DNA of 64,000 nucleotides, taken from NCBI GenBank assembly GCA_951406725.2, contig OX597817.1:12090001-12154000 (forward strand), read 5' to 3'. The DNA comes from Octopus vulgaris. Taxonomy: Eukaryota. Under the pieces are notes generated by a model that saw nothing but the letters and a program-made list of their open reading frames with translations, did no database searches and was not told the origin of the DNA. Every line of letters starts with the position of its first letter. Position 1 is the first letter of the stretch. Position numbers and translations under genes: made by a program. Shown here in pieces: positions 25,996 to 39,826 of this stretch.

Positions 25996-26207
25996 CTGAA
26001 AGTGAAGAGTAAATAGAGTAAAATTTAGTATAGTAAGTACCAGTAATCAATGAGACATGTTGCATCATAGAAGATAATTCATTGTCAAGACATATTACCT
26101 GTATTCTGGCCTCAAACTATGGCCAGACTGGGGCATCACCATCAAAAATTTTAGTTGACCATAACATTTATTGAAGATCTATGTTTTATATCATGAGTGT
26201 AAAAGGA

Positions 26208-26640
26208 GTTGATGACTGGCACCCGTGCCAGTGGAGCGCTAAGAGCACCATCTGAGCATGATCGCTGCCAGAGCAGCTGACTGGCTCCAGTGCTGGTGGC
26301 ACGTAAAAAAGCACCATTCAAACGTGATTGTTACCAGTGTCGCCTTACTGGCACTTGTGCCGGTGGCATGTGAAAAACATTCGAGCAAGGTCGTTGCCAG
26401 TGCTGCTGGACTGGCTCCTGTGCTGGTGGCACGTAAAAAACACCACTTGAGCGTAGCATGTAAAAGCACCCACTACACTCTTGAAGTGGTTGGCGTTAGG
26501 AAGGGCATCCAGCTCTTTAGAAACTCAGCCAGATCAGATTGGAGACTGGTGCAGCCATCTGGATAACCAGTCCTCAGTCAAATTGTCCAACCCATGCTAG
26601 CATAGAAAGCAGACGTTAAACAATGATAACGATGCTGATG
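26208..26640 (+). mobile_element. RTE 3'-UTR fragment
   Basis: Homologous to 60540-60990 (ggtggcacgtaaaaagcacc repeats, gttaggaagggcatccagc, tail). Confidence 0.8.
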
Positions 26641-27662
26641 AACGTGTGTGACTCAGTGGTTAGGGTATTTAGCTCACAATTGTAAGATCATGAGTTCAAT
26701 TTCCAGCAACGCATGTCCTTGAGCAAGACATTAATTTCATGAGTAGACTGTTTTGTTGATCAAATCAACTGGAACCCTCGTTGTCGTAAGTGGTGGAGTG
26801 CCAGTAGTGTGTGTGAGTGTATTGCTCTTCCTTCATGGTTAACTATGAGATTATGCACCTAGAAAGTTCCTCCCCAATGAATAGGGCTGGGAAAGGATTT
26901 TTTTTTTTGTGAAGACTAATAGCTGACGTTTCATGCAAAGCTCCTTTCCCCACTGATGATGTCCAAAGAAAGTGAAAGCCAATATAGCTTGGCACCAGTG
27001 TCATTGCAGTCAGAACATAGAAAGCTAGAATAGATATTGCAAGGTATCCAACCCAACACTCTAACAGTTCCACCATTACCATTTTCCATTAGAAAATTTT
27101 TATTGATCTCAAAAGGTTGATTTCAGCAGGATTTGGTCTTGGAGTGCAGCAAAGCAGAAGAAATACCACAAGACCTTAATAAAGTATCCAATACCTTAAT
27201 AAAGAACTTTTGTAAAGTTTGTCTCTGAAGTTTCACTACAAAGTAACTGACCAACCCTAGGCTACAACAGAAGATACTTGCCCATGGTACTAGAGGAAAG
27301 GGATCAAGCCTGGAGCCACATGCTTGTGAAATATGTTTTTTAACCATGCAGCTTTTCTCAGATGTGAGTTAATTTTGTGTATATGTGTCAAAAGGGTTTA
27401 TGGATTACAAATTTTGACCATATTGAAGAAGACCATCATCATCATTGAATGTCCATTTTTCCATGCTCACATGGGTCAGATGAAATTTGCTGAGGTGAAT
27501 TTTCTATGGCCAGATGCCTCACTTGTCACTAACCCTCACCCGTTTCCAAGTATGATAATATTTTACCATCATGACCCGGCATGTTTTCAAAGAAGATTTA
27601 GAAAGGAATGACATCACTGCTGCGACAATTTTTATAACAATCCTGCAATATCAGGACAAGGA

Positions 27663-27708
<46 letters not shown>

Positions 27709-28362
27709 CATGACAAGCTTCTTTCAATTTCTGTCAAACAAATCTGCTTGCAAGGCATTGATCAGCCTGGGTCTCTAGTACAAAACACTTGCCTTGGGTA
27801 CCGCACAGTGAGATAGAACCCAAAGCCATGTGGTTGGGAATCAAACTTCTTACCACACAGCAACAGCTGTGCCTGTGTACAAGAACAATTCCAAAATGTT
27901 AAAAATAAACTTCATTGTAGCAGTAAATAATCTGCAGCATGTTTTCATTAAACTTTTAATCTATTTAAGTTTTGGAGTTCTCTGCCTTGTTTTATTTGAC
28001 AAGAATTCTAATTAGCAATAATGGTTTTTCCTTCTCAGTACAGGTGTAAAATTCCTTTTGGTTCACTACATTAAGCATGTAAGCATGCACTCAACTTATG
28101 ACCCAATTTGTACAGTTATTGTTTATATTTATATTGAATGATTAAAATAATATCCTTCAAAGATGTCCTGTACATAAATGGTAACTACAATATTCTAACA
28201 GCAGATTTTAAAGATATTATGGAAAACGGACGTCAAACGATGATGATGATGATTAATCAAGAAACATAAAGAAAAAATATACTGTATCTAGTCTAGCTCT
28301 CAACTGTTGCACAAACTGAACTATCCTGAAAAGAAGAAATAAAAACTAATGTCAGGCCTTAC

Positions 28363-28531
28363 TTTAGCTTTTACAACTGTTCTCCGAGGTGTTGGACAAC
28401 CAGACATGTGATAGATGGCTGGAATAACAAAGAGGTTGCATGTGACTACTGCAGAGACTGGGTTCCCAGGGAGACCAAACACTAATTTCCGGCCATGTTT
28501 TGTGTCGATGGTTGCAAAAGTTGTGGGCTTC
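28363..28531 (-). CDS. GPHN: Gephyrin internal exon, 169 nt, phase 2 to 0
   Basis: [56 protein letters not shown] with the LPGNPVS motif; acceptor tttgcag, donor gtaagg. Confidence 0.97.
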
Positions 28532-28726
28532 CTGCAAAAGAAAAAAGTATTAAAAAAATAAGGAACATCGTCTCGAAGATGATTATCAATGGAGAAGCAA
28601 AACAAAATTGAAGAATATAATGATTTCTATGCAAACCTATGTTGATATACATCTAGAGGGAGTGGGATGTATTCTGGCTTGCACCAGAGTTGATCCTCTA
28701 TACCAGCCTCGTTTAAAGTCATTTAA

Positions 28727-28946
28727 CCCTTTAGTGTTTAAACTGGCCAAATCTGGCCCAATATATTTACATATTTTATATTCAAACTGGCCATATCTAG
28801 CCTCTCAAACCTAACCTACATTGACATTCTAAAAATAAACAATCACATCATTGAAACCTCAAAGCTATAAAGTAATGGAGGATTAATTCAAAACAATTTG
28901 AGTGAAAAAGTATTACATTTAATAGAGAAATTTGAACACTAAAGGG
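28727..28946. mobile_element. piggyBac-type MITE
   Basis: TTAA|ccctttagtgtt...aacactaaaggg|TTAA. Confidence 0.85.
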
Positions 28947-29418
28947 TTAATGCATTCACTTTCTTTACCTCACATTTTCCACAAAATAACCTCATTGTGT
29001 CATGTACAAAAACTTGTAGTAAACAATTTTGCAAATTGTTGGAATTTCATCCATGTGAATTTCTTTGAATTTCATCCATGTCAGACTTCATTCTGCCTAT
29101 AAGATACCCAAAATATTAAAACCATGGTATGCTGGTATGAGTGGGCAGTGGATAGTATTTCACATGCACTGAGCTTTAACCAAGAAAGTACCAGCTTTCA
29201 ACAGCCCACTGCATCTAGCTATACATAGGTATCACAAGTTGAAACAGCAGAACTACACTGTAAAAGTTATCAAGTGTTTTGACAGCTGATAGCACTAAGT
29301 TTCGGACTTCTTTTTGCTTCATTCATGACACAAATGCTAACAATATGGTCTTCCTTATAGCTGTATGGAAAAACACTCTGACACACTCTAATTAAACAAA
29401 TAAAAAGAATGTATTTAC

Positions 29419-29492
29419 CCAGGCTTCATGAAAACCCTTCCAAAATGAATTACAGCCTCCAAATCCTCTTCAAGAACTTGTTTCAATAAATC
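29419..29492 (-). CDS. GPHN: Gephyrin internal exon, 74 nt, phase 0 to 2
   Basis: [24 protein letters not shown](G) vs gephyrin [25 protein letters not shown]; acceptor tctcag, donor gtaaat. Confidence 0.96.
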
Positions 29493-30234
29493 CTGAGATA
29501 AAGTAAAAGAAAGAATACAAAATGGTAATCTCAAATGACCTCAGGTAATTATTTTGAATTAGTTGATAATTGACCAATGGTGAACATTTTACAACAAATC
29601 AACATGCGAGTCTCTATGTCATAGCTTGATAAGCTACAAATGAACAGTGAAATCTCCCTCAAACCACCTCCTATATGCCTTGCATAAAATAAAAACAAAA
29701 AAAAAGGATAATGAATAATAGAGGCAGTTGGTAACTTCAGTGAGATATAGTTTGAGGAACAAGGAATTATCTGAAATGTTTAGAATGGGATTTTTTTTTT
29801 TATGGCTTAGTCAGAAGGTAAAAGCAAATGGTGCCCGTAACCGTTTTTCTGGTCCCTGAGAGTGGTGAGGAAAATTCAAGTAGAGATCATGAATTCTTAG
29901 ATTATCTTCAAACCAGAAATTTGATCCAAATGTAATGAAGTGGATCCAACTAAATGTACCCAAGAGCTACGAGGTGGTATTAAACTGGGTACATCAAGAA
30001 GAGGTACAGTCCATTCAATGGACATAATTTCAGTCTACCTAGTTTCACTCACAAAATTTGGAACAGATCAAGGTTATAGTAGAAGACCTTGCCTAAGGTG
30101 CTACACTGTGAGACTGTAAGAGAACCATGGAGGTACAGTAGAGATAAGAAATAAAATATGGTGACCACAACAACTTAAATGCAATGATATCTAGATATAG
30201 CATTATATAAAAGAAATTGTTTTTGATGTGATCT

Positions 30235-30642
30235 CTTTACTCTTTTTACTTGTTTCAGTCATTTGACTGTGGCCATGCTGGAGCACCACCTTTTTTTTTT
30301 TTTTTAATCGAGCAAATCGACCCCGGGACTTATTCTTTTGTAAGCCCAGTACCTATTCTATCGGTCTCTTTTGCCGAACTGCTAAGTAATGGGGACATAA
30401 ACACACCAGCATCGGTTGTCAAGCAATGCTAGGGGGACAAACACAAACACACAAACACGCATATATATATACATATATACGACGGGCTTCTTTCAGTTTC
30501 CGTCTACCAAATCTGCTCACAAGGCTTTGGTCAGCCCGAGGCTATAGTAGAAGACACTTGCCCAAGGTGCCATGCAGTGGGACTGAACCCTGAACCATGT
30601 GGTTGGTAAACAAGCTACTTACCACACAGCCACTCCTGCACC
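30235..30642 (-). mobile_element. SINE family A
   Basis: Full-length family consensus. Confidence 0.9.
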
Positions 30643-31054
30643 TATTATACTTTATACATATAATGGCTACATTGTAAGACTTCCAAGTTCAGATTTAGAA
30701 GTTATGTTTATAACATGCAGAGGACCTCCAATCAAATCACCCACACTCTCCTCTTTCTCACACACATATACACGAACACATAGAAATTGCATTTCCATAA
30801 TTCTCAGACCACATCACCTTTATATATACAGAAGATGTGCAAAGTACATAGATTGCCGAGAGCCAAAGGAGTGTAATGTCAATAACACAGTTTCTTTCCT
30901 TTCTTAATAATATAAGCACAACACCTAACAAGTGACATTTTACTGACATTTTTAACTTAGTTACAAAGGCTTAATAGGAATTCCTCCATGAAATTCTTCC
31001 TTCCCCCACAATAAATATATAAATATAATCAACCGGAAACCAGAAGTCACTCAC

Positions 31055-31142
31055 CTTTTCTCCCATAGACACACCACCAGACGTCACAACAACATCTGCT
31101 TCAGAAATAGCAATGGATAACTTGGTAAACAGTGTGTCAGGA
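31055..31142 (-). CDS. GPHN: Gephyrin internal exon, 88 nt, phase 2 to 0
   Basis: (S)PDTLFTKLSIAISEADVVVTSGGVSMGEK, carrying the MoeA/gephyrin TSGGVSMG motif; acceptor attatag, donor gtgagt. Confidence 0.96.
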
Positions 31143-31935
31143 CTATAATGGGAATGTAGACAGAATTAGATATGAAGGGACTTTCTACAAGAACAATACA
31201 ATTGAAAAGCAAACATTAATAAACAATGTGAAAATGTGTTTGTATGTGTTATAATTCTCATCAACATAATTGTTTAAAAGTCTGTTTCACAAAGATAACA
31301 TTGGATGGAAGCCTGCAATACAAAATCTCTTCAACTCTTTAAAATCTTGTATCATCTCATCTGTGATGCTGAACATTCTCAAACATGACCCTACAAATTA
31401 TTTTCAAATTCATAAAAAGAAGAAAAAAAACATATGTTGTTTCAGTCTGGTACCAACTTTAACATTCCTTATTTTATTGAAAGGCCAAGTTAACACTTTT
31501 TAAATAAATGAGAGCAGTGTAACACTGGTTTTCTTGTAACCCCACTTTACATACTTTAACACCTCACTCCCAAGCAGAAAACTGACCCCACTCCCTCAGG
31601 GTTAGTAATTTAAGAAGTTGCATGGCAATTTCAATAGTACAAGAGGTATGAAAAACACATCCAATACATACAGAAGAGTGGTTGGCATTAGGGAGGATAT
31701 CCAGCCATAGAAACCATGCCAAAGCAGACACTGGAGTACTGTGCAGCCCTTGGCCCCATCAGATCTTGCCAAACCATCTGATCCATGTCATCATGGAAAA
31801 TAGACATTAATGATGATATACAATCACACTATGTTTCTACACAATTTCTATCTACCAAATTCTTCTCACAAGATATTGGCCAAACTAAGGATATGGTAGT
31901 TGACAAATGCACAAGATAGTATACAGTAGTATACA

Positions 31936-32163
31936 GGCGCAGGAGTGGCTGTGTGGTAAGTAGCTTGCTAACCAACCACATGGTTCTGGGTTCAGTCCCA
32001 CTGCGTGGCACTTTGGGCAAGTGTCTTCTGCTATAGCCCCGGGCCGACCAATGCCTTGTGAGTGGATTTGGTAAACTGAAAGAAGCCCGTCGTATATATG
32101 TATATATATATATATGTGTGTGTGTGTTTGTGTGTCTGTGTTTGTCCCCCTGTCGTATATATG

Positions 32164-32196
<33 letters not shown>

Positions 32197-32232
32197 TTGT
32201 GTGTCTGTGTTTGTCCCCCTGTCGTATATATG

Positions 32233-32265
<33 letters not shown>

Positions 32266-32301
32266 TTGTGTGTCTGTGTTTGTCCCCCTGTCGTATATAT
32301 G

Positions 32302-32334
<33 letters not shown>

Positions 32335-32370
32335 TTGTGTGTCTGTGTTTGTCCCCCTGTCGTATATATG

Positions 32371-32403
<33 letters not shown>

Positions 32404-32439
32404 TTGTGTGTCTGTGTTTGTCCCCCTGTCGTATATATG

Positions 32440-32476
<37 letters not shown>

Positions 32477-32688
32477 TTGTGCGTCTGTGTTTGCCCCTCT
32501 AGCATTGCTTGACAACCGATGCTGGTGTGTTTACGTCCCCGTCACTTAGCAGTTCGGCAAAAGAGACCGATAGAATAAGTACTGGGCTTACAAAAGAATA
32601 AGTCCCGGGGTCGATTTGCTCGACTAAAGGCGGTGCTCCAGCATGGCCGCAGTCAAATGACTGAAACAAGTAAAAGAGTAAAAGAGTA
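31936..32688 (+). mobile_element. SINE family A with internal 6-unit minisatellite expansion
   Basis: Units start at 32089, 32152, 32221, 32290, 32359 and 32428. Confidence 0.9.
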
Positions 32689-33363
32689 GTAAGAGCAAAC
32701 CCAGAATCACATGGTTTTAAGGTGAAATTCTAAGCCCTGCAGTGATTCCTGTGCTGGACTAATTTTTACCATTACTCTTTTGTTTTAAACTCCTATTTTA
32801 GTTACTATGGCTACATATATTCTCCTAAAAAGTTAATCAGTTACCACCATACAAATGGCAGTGCCCCAGCATGGCCGCAGCTTGTGAGCTGCAACTAGAT
32901 AAAATAAAATAATACCATAACTTGAACAAATTTTGCAGTTATGCAACCTAAATAGCAAGAACAACATCAATAAAAACATGAAAGATGACTAATATTTTTC
33001 TTGAAAGTGACAATCCAGATTGGGTGTCTGGTGGTTAAATAATAAATTATATACCACTTCCCATCAGAGAGCTTAATTAGTACCTATTTTTCTCAAAGCC
33101 AGTTTAAATGAATATGCAAAACTGCCACTTCCCATCCATCTCCATCTTTCATCATTTCACCCATGACAACCAATTTCCTTAAAATCTGATCTGGCAACCT
33201 TGTCTTTTTCTTCTTTTTTTTTTTTTCTCACTTTATCTTTTCTCGCTTCCTTGACAAGCAACATATTTCAAAATTATTGCTTTCTTTTACACATAGCAAA
33301 AAACAGCAAAAGAAAGTTTTATTTCAAGTAATTTTCTTCCTTTCTAAAATCCAAAGACTGAAA

Positions 33364-33777
33364 CGCAGGAGTGGCTGTGTGGTAAGTAGCTTGCTTACCA
33401 ACCACATGGTTCCGGGTTCAGTCCCACTGCGTGGCACCTTGGGCAAGTGTCTACTATAGCCTCGGGCCGACCAAAGCCTTGTGAGTGGATTTGGTAGACG
33501 GAAACTGAAAGAAGCCCGTCGTATATATGTATATATTTATATATATGTATGTGTGTGTATTTGTGTGTCTGTGTTTGTCCCCCTAGCATTGCTTGACAAC
33601 CGATGCTGGTGTGTTTATGTCCCCGTTACTTAGCGGTTCGGCAAAAGGTATCGATAGAATAAGTACTAGGCTTACAAAAGAATAAGTCCCGGGGCAAGTA
33701 TCTTCTGCTATAGCCTCGGGCCGACCAATGCCTTGTGAGTGGATTTGGTAGACGGAAACTGAAAGAAGCCCGTCGTA

Positions 33778-33817
<40 letters not shown>

Positions 33818-34030
33818 TGTGTGTGTCTGTGTTTGTTCCCCTAGCATTGCTTGACAACTGATGCTGGTGTGTTTAGGTCCCCGTCACTTAGCGGTTCGGC
33901 AAAAGAGACCGATAGAATAAGTACTGGGTTTATAAAGAAATAAGTCCCGGGGTCGATTTGCTCGACTAAAGGCGGTGCTCCAGCATGGCCGCAGTCAAAT
34001 GACTGAAACTAGTAAAAGTAAAAGTAAGTA
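33364..34030 (+). mobile_element. SINE family A fused dimer
   Basis: 3'-truncated copy joined near 33692 to a 5'-truncated copy. Confidence 0.88.
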
Positions 34031-34218
34031 AATATGCAAAGATACAAATAACAACCTGACAATGTTTCTCCCCACAAAAAGTGAGACGAAAACACTGATA
34101 ATTTTTTCTTTCATCCAAATTAAAGATTCTTCATTATTTTCATAATTAACTGATACAAAGGCAGTGTATTTTCTAAGAAATATGATAACAAAGGGGTTAA
34201 ATAGAATAATAGTCTACA

Positions 34219-34528
34219 GCACATAAAAAGCACCATCCGATCATGGCCATTGCCAGCCTCGCCTGGCCCCCATGCCGGTGGCATGTAAAAAGCACCATCC
34301 ATCTGTGGCCGTTTGCCAGCTCCGTCTGGCACCTGTGCGGGTGGCACGTAAAAAGCACCCACTACACTCATGGAGTGGTTGGCGTTAGGAAGGGCATCCA
34401 GCCATAGAAACACTGCCAGATCAGACAGGGCCTGGTGCAGCCTTCTGGCTTCACAGACCCCAGTTGAACCATCAAACCCATGCTAGCATGGAAAGCGAAC
34501 GATAAATGATGATGATGATGATGATGAT
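34219..34528 (+). mobile_element. RTE 3'-UTR fragment
   Basis: Same motifs, (GAT)n tail. Confidence 0.8.
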
Positions 34529-34671
34529 AGGTTTGTTATTTGAAAGGTTTAAATCCTGCACTGCTACAACAATGAATTATACCGTCCCACAGTATCTACC
34601 CACAGCTGGGTAGATTGGCCCACTGGGAGTTACGCATCTTTGCCTAGGATACAGTTATTAGTTCATCCATT

Positions 34672-34850
34672 AAGGTGGCAAGCTGGCAAAATCATTAGAA
34701 AGCCAGGCGAAATGCTTAGCAGTATTTCCTGTGTCTTCACATTTTGAGTTCAAATTCCGTCAAGGTCGACTTTGCCTTTCATCTTTTTGGGGTTGATGAA
34801 ATAAGTACCAGTTATGCACTGGGATCAATGTAATCAACTATCCCCCTCTA
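34672..34850 (+). mobile_element. SINE family B-related copy
   Basis: Same head and central motif, diverged. Confidence 0.75.
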
Positions 34851-34869
34851 TAGTAGAAAAGACTAGTTC

Positions 34870-35400
34870 ATTCATTATTGTCATCAATAACCAAGGACAA
34901 CACATGGGTGAAGAAAACAGGGCACAGTGTGTCCAACAGTGGCTAACCAGTCTGATGCATGCTCAGACACTGGTGGTCTGTTGGGACTGAAGGCAAGGAG
35001 TCAGCCCTAGCAACCCTGTTTTGTTCACAGGAGGTGGTACCTCTGTCAGCACAGCTTTGTCAGGAAGGGCAGTCTTATGCTTGTGTTTCCCAGGTGTTGG
35101 GGGTTGATCTCAAAGCTTCTCAGTGAAGATTTGATTATGTCCTTAAAGCATTTTTTCTGTCCATTTTGCATGCACTTGCCTTCTGCCACTTCACTGTAAG
35201 ACAGTCTCTAAAGGAGTGACGAGTCAGGCATTCAAACATTGTGGCCTGCCCACATAACTTGCACCCTCCTCAGCAGTGTTTATGTGCGTGGAGTGTCTGG
35301 GTGGGTTAGTACCTCTGACAAGGTAACATGTGGTGCTTTTGAAGTAGTTTGTCCACTCTAGGACTCATGACATCCAGCTCTCACCTCAGGCTCCTCAAAG
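34870..35400 (-). mobile_element. Second RTE/BovB-like LINE 3' fragment (old)
   Basis: LRRVQVMWAGHNV*MPDSSLL*RLSYSEVAEGKCMQNGQKKCFKDIIKSSLRSFEINPNTWE resembles QLRWAGHV.RMPD.RLPK.LLYGEL..GKR..GGQKKRFKD; terminal LVSHCWTH. Confidence 0.75.
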
Positions 35401-36519
35401 TTGTCTGCATGCAACAGCAGCCACACCTCAGATACAGCATCAACAGACCAGCTAAACCATGATGAGGGAAGCTGACACTTCCAAACCGCTGGTGAGCTAG
35501 GGCTTGTCTACCTATGCATGTGAAGACGGTGCCTGGTGGACTGTTTGGAGAAAACCACCAGATTGGTTCAATAGGCAGATGGGCAGACCAGCAAGAGTTG
35601 TGGAGTGCAAACAAGGCACAGTGAGGCATGAAGGATACAGTACAGTTTAGATGACACAATTTGACAATGACCTTTACAGTTTTTGGCCAGAGCCTAATGA
35701 CTCCATCAACTGAAAGCCTCTAAAAACATCATTGGTAGACTGCAGGCATAGCTTCAGAAATCATCAATCAAAACATTATCAGAGATTGGTGGTGAGGCAT
35801 TAAAAGGAAATAATAGTGAGCAGCAGGCTAGAGCAGCTTGTCCAAAGTTATATCATTGCAATATTTCAGTCATACATTAAGAAAAAATAAATAAATAAAA
35901 CAAACAACAACAAAAACTACAAGTCAAATTCTAGTCCCAGACAAGAAATCTCAGCAGAAACATATTCCAATATCATATTTAATAAATATACAGTTATGTT
36001 TTATTTGTTTCTTTGTGTTATATTCATTTATTTATTTATTTACTTATATATATATATTTTTTTTTGTGCTTTTCTTTCATGTACTGAGAAACTATTTGGC
36101 AAGAGAGAGATATGGTTGAAAAAATAACCATATGTACAGCAATGTGGATAGATTGTCATTTGTGAGAGGGGGAAAACATAACAAATGCAAGCTTGTTGCA
36201 TACCAAGCATTTATCGGAGGGGACCATGTGTGCAATTCAGCTGCAATTGATTGCTAATGGGGAGACACCCACGCAACACATGTGAGTGCGAACAAAGACG
36301 AGAAGGGCACTTAAGTGTAACACTTCTGCTCTAATCAATCAAATAGGAAACAGGAAAAATATTGAAATATATACATAGCCATGGGGCATTTAACAACGTT
36401 CTCCACCTCCTACTCCATCATCATCATCATCATTATTATTAAAATTAAGATTATATTCCTTATGTTTAATTGCTTAAATCAGATTCAGTGTGTATATATA
36501 TATATATATATATATATTT

Positions 36520-36722
36520 CGCCGGGCGAAATGCTTAGCAGTACTTCGTCTGCCGCTACATTCTGAGTTCAAATTCCGCCGAGGTCGACTTTACCTTTCA
36601 TCCTTTCAGGGTCGATAAATAAAGTACCAATTTCGCACTGGGGTCGATGTAATCGACTTAATCCCTTTGTCTGTCCTTGTTTTTTCCCCTCTATGTTTAG
36701 CCCCATGTGGGCAGTAAAGAAA
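36520..36722 (+). mobile_element. SINE family B, 5'-truncated
   Basis: Family consensus. Confidence 0.85.
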
Positions 36723-36723
36723 C

Positions 36724-36760
<37 letters not shown>

Positions 36761-36949
36761 TGTGTGCATCTGATTGAATGTGTTCATTCATGTACACATG
36801 CATGTGTGCGGGTGAGTTATTTGACAAAAAAATAGTTAAGCAGCCACATAGCTCTTGTTGTTGTTACCACAAATTTTTTTTATGCAATTTCAGCTAATAT
36901 TTTTCAGTTATCCAACTTTGTGAAATAAGTTGTTATTTTTAAATAAATA

Positions 36950-37305
36950 CCATTTCAGCGATTTCATTACCAGCGTCACCTTACTGGCACTTGTGAACAA
37001 AACATTTAAGCGAGGTCGTTGTCAGTGCCGCTGGACTGACTTCTGTACAGGTGGCACAAAAAAAAACACCATTTCAAGCGTGGCCATTGCCAGTACCACC
37101 AGACTGGCCCTCATACAGGTGACATGTAAAAGCACCCACTACACTCTCGGAGTGGTTGACGTTAGGAAGGGCATCCAGCTGTAGAAACTCTGCCAGATCA
37201 GATTGGAGACTGGCGCAGCCATCTGGGTTCGCCAGTCCTCAGTCTAATCGTCCAACCCATGCTAGCATGGAAAGCGGACGTTAAAGGATGATAATGATGA
37301 TGATG
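36950..37305 (+). mobile_element. RTE 3'-UTR fragment
   Basis: Same motifs, (GAT)n tail. Confidence 0.8.
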
Positions 37306-37514
37306 TAAAATTAGAAAGAATTGTAATTATTAACACTGTAATTAGGAATGTATGAATCATCATCGTCATCCTTTTAAAATCTGTTTTTCCAAGTCAACAT
37401 AGGTTGGAACAGGTCTACAGTACAAAATATCACTATCCTCTTAATTTAGTATCATGTCAACAATTAGGCCCAACCAATATCTTGAGATATTGACCTCACC
37501 ACTTTTCCAAAGCC

Positions 37515-37742
37515 TTTACTCTTACTCTTTTACTTGTTTCAGTCATTTGACTGCGGCCATGCTGGAGCACCGCCTTTAGTCAAGCAAATCGACCCCGGGA
37601 CTTATTCTTTGTAAGCCCAGTACTTATTCTATCGGTCTCTTTTGCCGAACCGCTAAGTGATGGGGACGTAAACACACCAGCATCAGTTGTCAAGCAATGC
37701 TAGGGGGACAAACACAGACACACAAACATATGTACACACACT

Positions 37743-37774
<32 letters not shown>

Positions 37775-37926
37775 TACGACAGGCTTCTTTCAGTTTCCGT
37801 CTACCAAATCCACTCACAAGGCATTGGTCAGCAGAAGACACTTGCCCAAGATGCCACGCAGTGGGACTGAACCCAGAACCATGTGGTTGTTTAGCAAGCT
37901 ACTTACCACACAGCCACTCCTGTGCC
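37515..37926 (-). mobile_element. SINE family A
   Basis: Family consensus with a small internal deletion. Confidence 0.9.
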
Positions 37927-38536
37927 TATAATCTTTCTTAATCTTTTCTCACAAATAAGTTCCATTGTCAATTTATGGCACTTTTTTCACTCATCATCTA
38001 TTTCTTTCACATTGCTCCCTCTCCTGTCTCTGCATATATTCCCCATCCAGCATCCCATGCCATACTACTGTGCAACATCACACGTCTGACACATTCTTAA
38101 TATAATTGTCATAAACACAGATTTAGAACCCATTTGTTGCCAAAGGAGCAGTTCTCTGACATTCTATTCCTTTGGTACTGTAACTTCTGTAGTTCTATTA
38201 TGACTATGTCCAGCATTGCTGTTGGTATATAGCCACATGTCAACCCCAATCAAGCAGACATATGATCAAAGACATTCCAGTATTTTCATAGGTTGTCCAA
38301 AGTATATTTTCCATAAGATGATAAAATGTCATTTGAGGGTGAATCGGTAGTTATTTCTAACAGGTTGTGCAACTGCTTACAAACTCCCTGAGACCACTTA
38401 TGTAGATGACAGTAAGTAATTATTTGCTAAGTCTAGTTAGTCTTATAAGCAGTTTATAAAATCCTCAAAGAAATCAAACAAGTAGAGTTTTCAGTTGAGA
38501 TTACAATCAGACAATTAAGCTCTCTCTCTTTCTCTC

Positions 38537-38948
38537 TTTTACTCTTTTATTTATTTCAGTCATTTGACTGCGGCCATGCTGGAGCACCGCCTATTAATCG
38601 AGCAACTCGACCCCGGAACTTATTCTTTTGTAAGCCCAGTACTTATTCTATCGGTCTCTTTTGCCGAACCGCTAAGTAACGGGGACATAAACACACCAGC
38701 ATCGGTTGTCAAGCAATGCTAGGGCGACAAACACAGACACACAAACATATACACACATATATATATATATATATATACATATATACGACAGGCTTCTTTC
38801 AGTTTCCGTCTACCAAATCCACTCACAAGGCTTTGGTCGGCCCAAGGCTATAGTAGAAGACACTTGCCCAAGATGCCATGCAGTGGGACTGAACCCGGAA
38901 CCATGTGGTTGGTAAACAAGCTACTTACCACACAGCCACTCCTGCGCC
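38537..38948 (-). mobile_element. SINE family A
   Basis: Full-length family consensus. Confidence 0.9.
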
Positions 38949-39826
38949 TATATGGCATTAAGACCAAAATTCAAGTGGAATGGCTTTGAAACTACAGTTT
39001 GAAAGAAATGTTGTGATGACAATATTAAGAACTACTCATCAAACACTTCACTAACATTATTTTATAAATGAACTTACATCAACATTGTTTTCAACCATTA
39101 AGAAATTCAAAATTGCTCTGCTTTTGGTCTTTTCAAGAAAAATGAACATTTGTGACCTGATAAAATTTGAACAACAATAAATTTATTTAAGTGCACATAT
39201 AATGATTTTTTGATGAAATCCTTAGTGAGTAATACTTAAATTTCATGGTTATTCTACTAATGACGCTAAATACCTAATAAATAAATAGACCTGGTATCCT
39301 CTGCAAGTCACAGTGCTTCAATTAACTGGACAATATCTCAACAAAAAGTAGTTTCAAAAATGATATTCTTCAACGAAGGATAGATTAATATATAAAACTG
39401 TTTTCTGTAGTTAAGAGTTATGAAATTTTGAGCATATATATCTGATCTCCACAATAAAAGGGCTAATACTGGTTTCAGAATATTTTATTTCAATGTTGTA
39501 TAATTATTTTTCCCCCAATCAACCATACCCTCTCTCTCTCTCTTTCGGAGAGGCACTGAGCAGCTATACGCACACATACACACACGACAGTAACTTCCAC
39601 CTACCGAATTCAATCACAAAGCTCCGGTCGGCTCGGGGCTATAGTGGAAGACACCTACCCAAAGTGCCACGCAGTGGGACTGAACCCGAAACCATATGTA
39701 GCTAGGAAGCAAGCTCCCTAACCACACAGCCATGCCTGAACTTTTGTAATATGATGGCACCCTCAACCAAATGTTCTCACACCGCATCACAATTACTTTA
39801 TTAAGAAAATCTCAAACTGACATTAC

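Noticed and set aside
26905-26960. Hammerhead-like GAAACGTC on the minus strand
   Set aside because: CUGANGA core absent; too degenerate
31829-32549. 228-aa repetitive ORF, and a CRISPR-like repeat spacing
   Set aside because: Minisatellite inside a SINE; the 'spacers' are microsatellite, the DNA is eukaryotic and there are no cas genes
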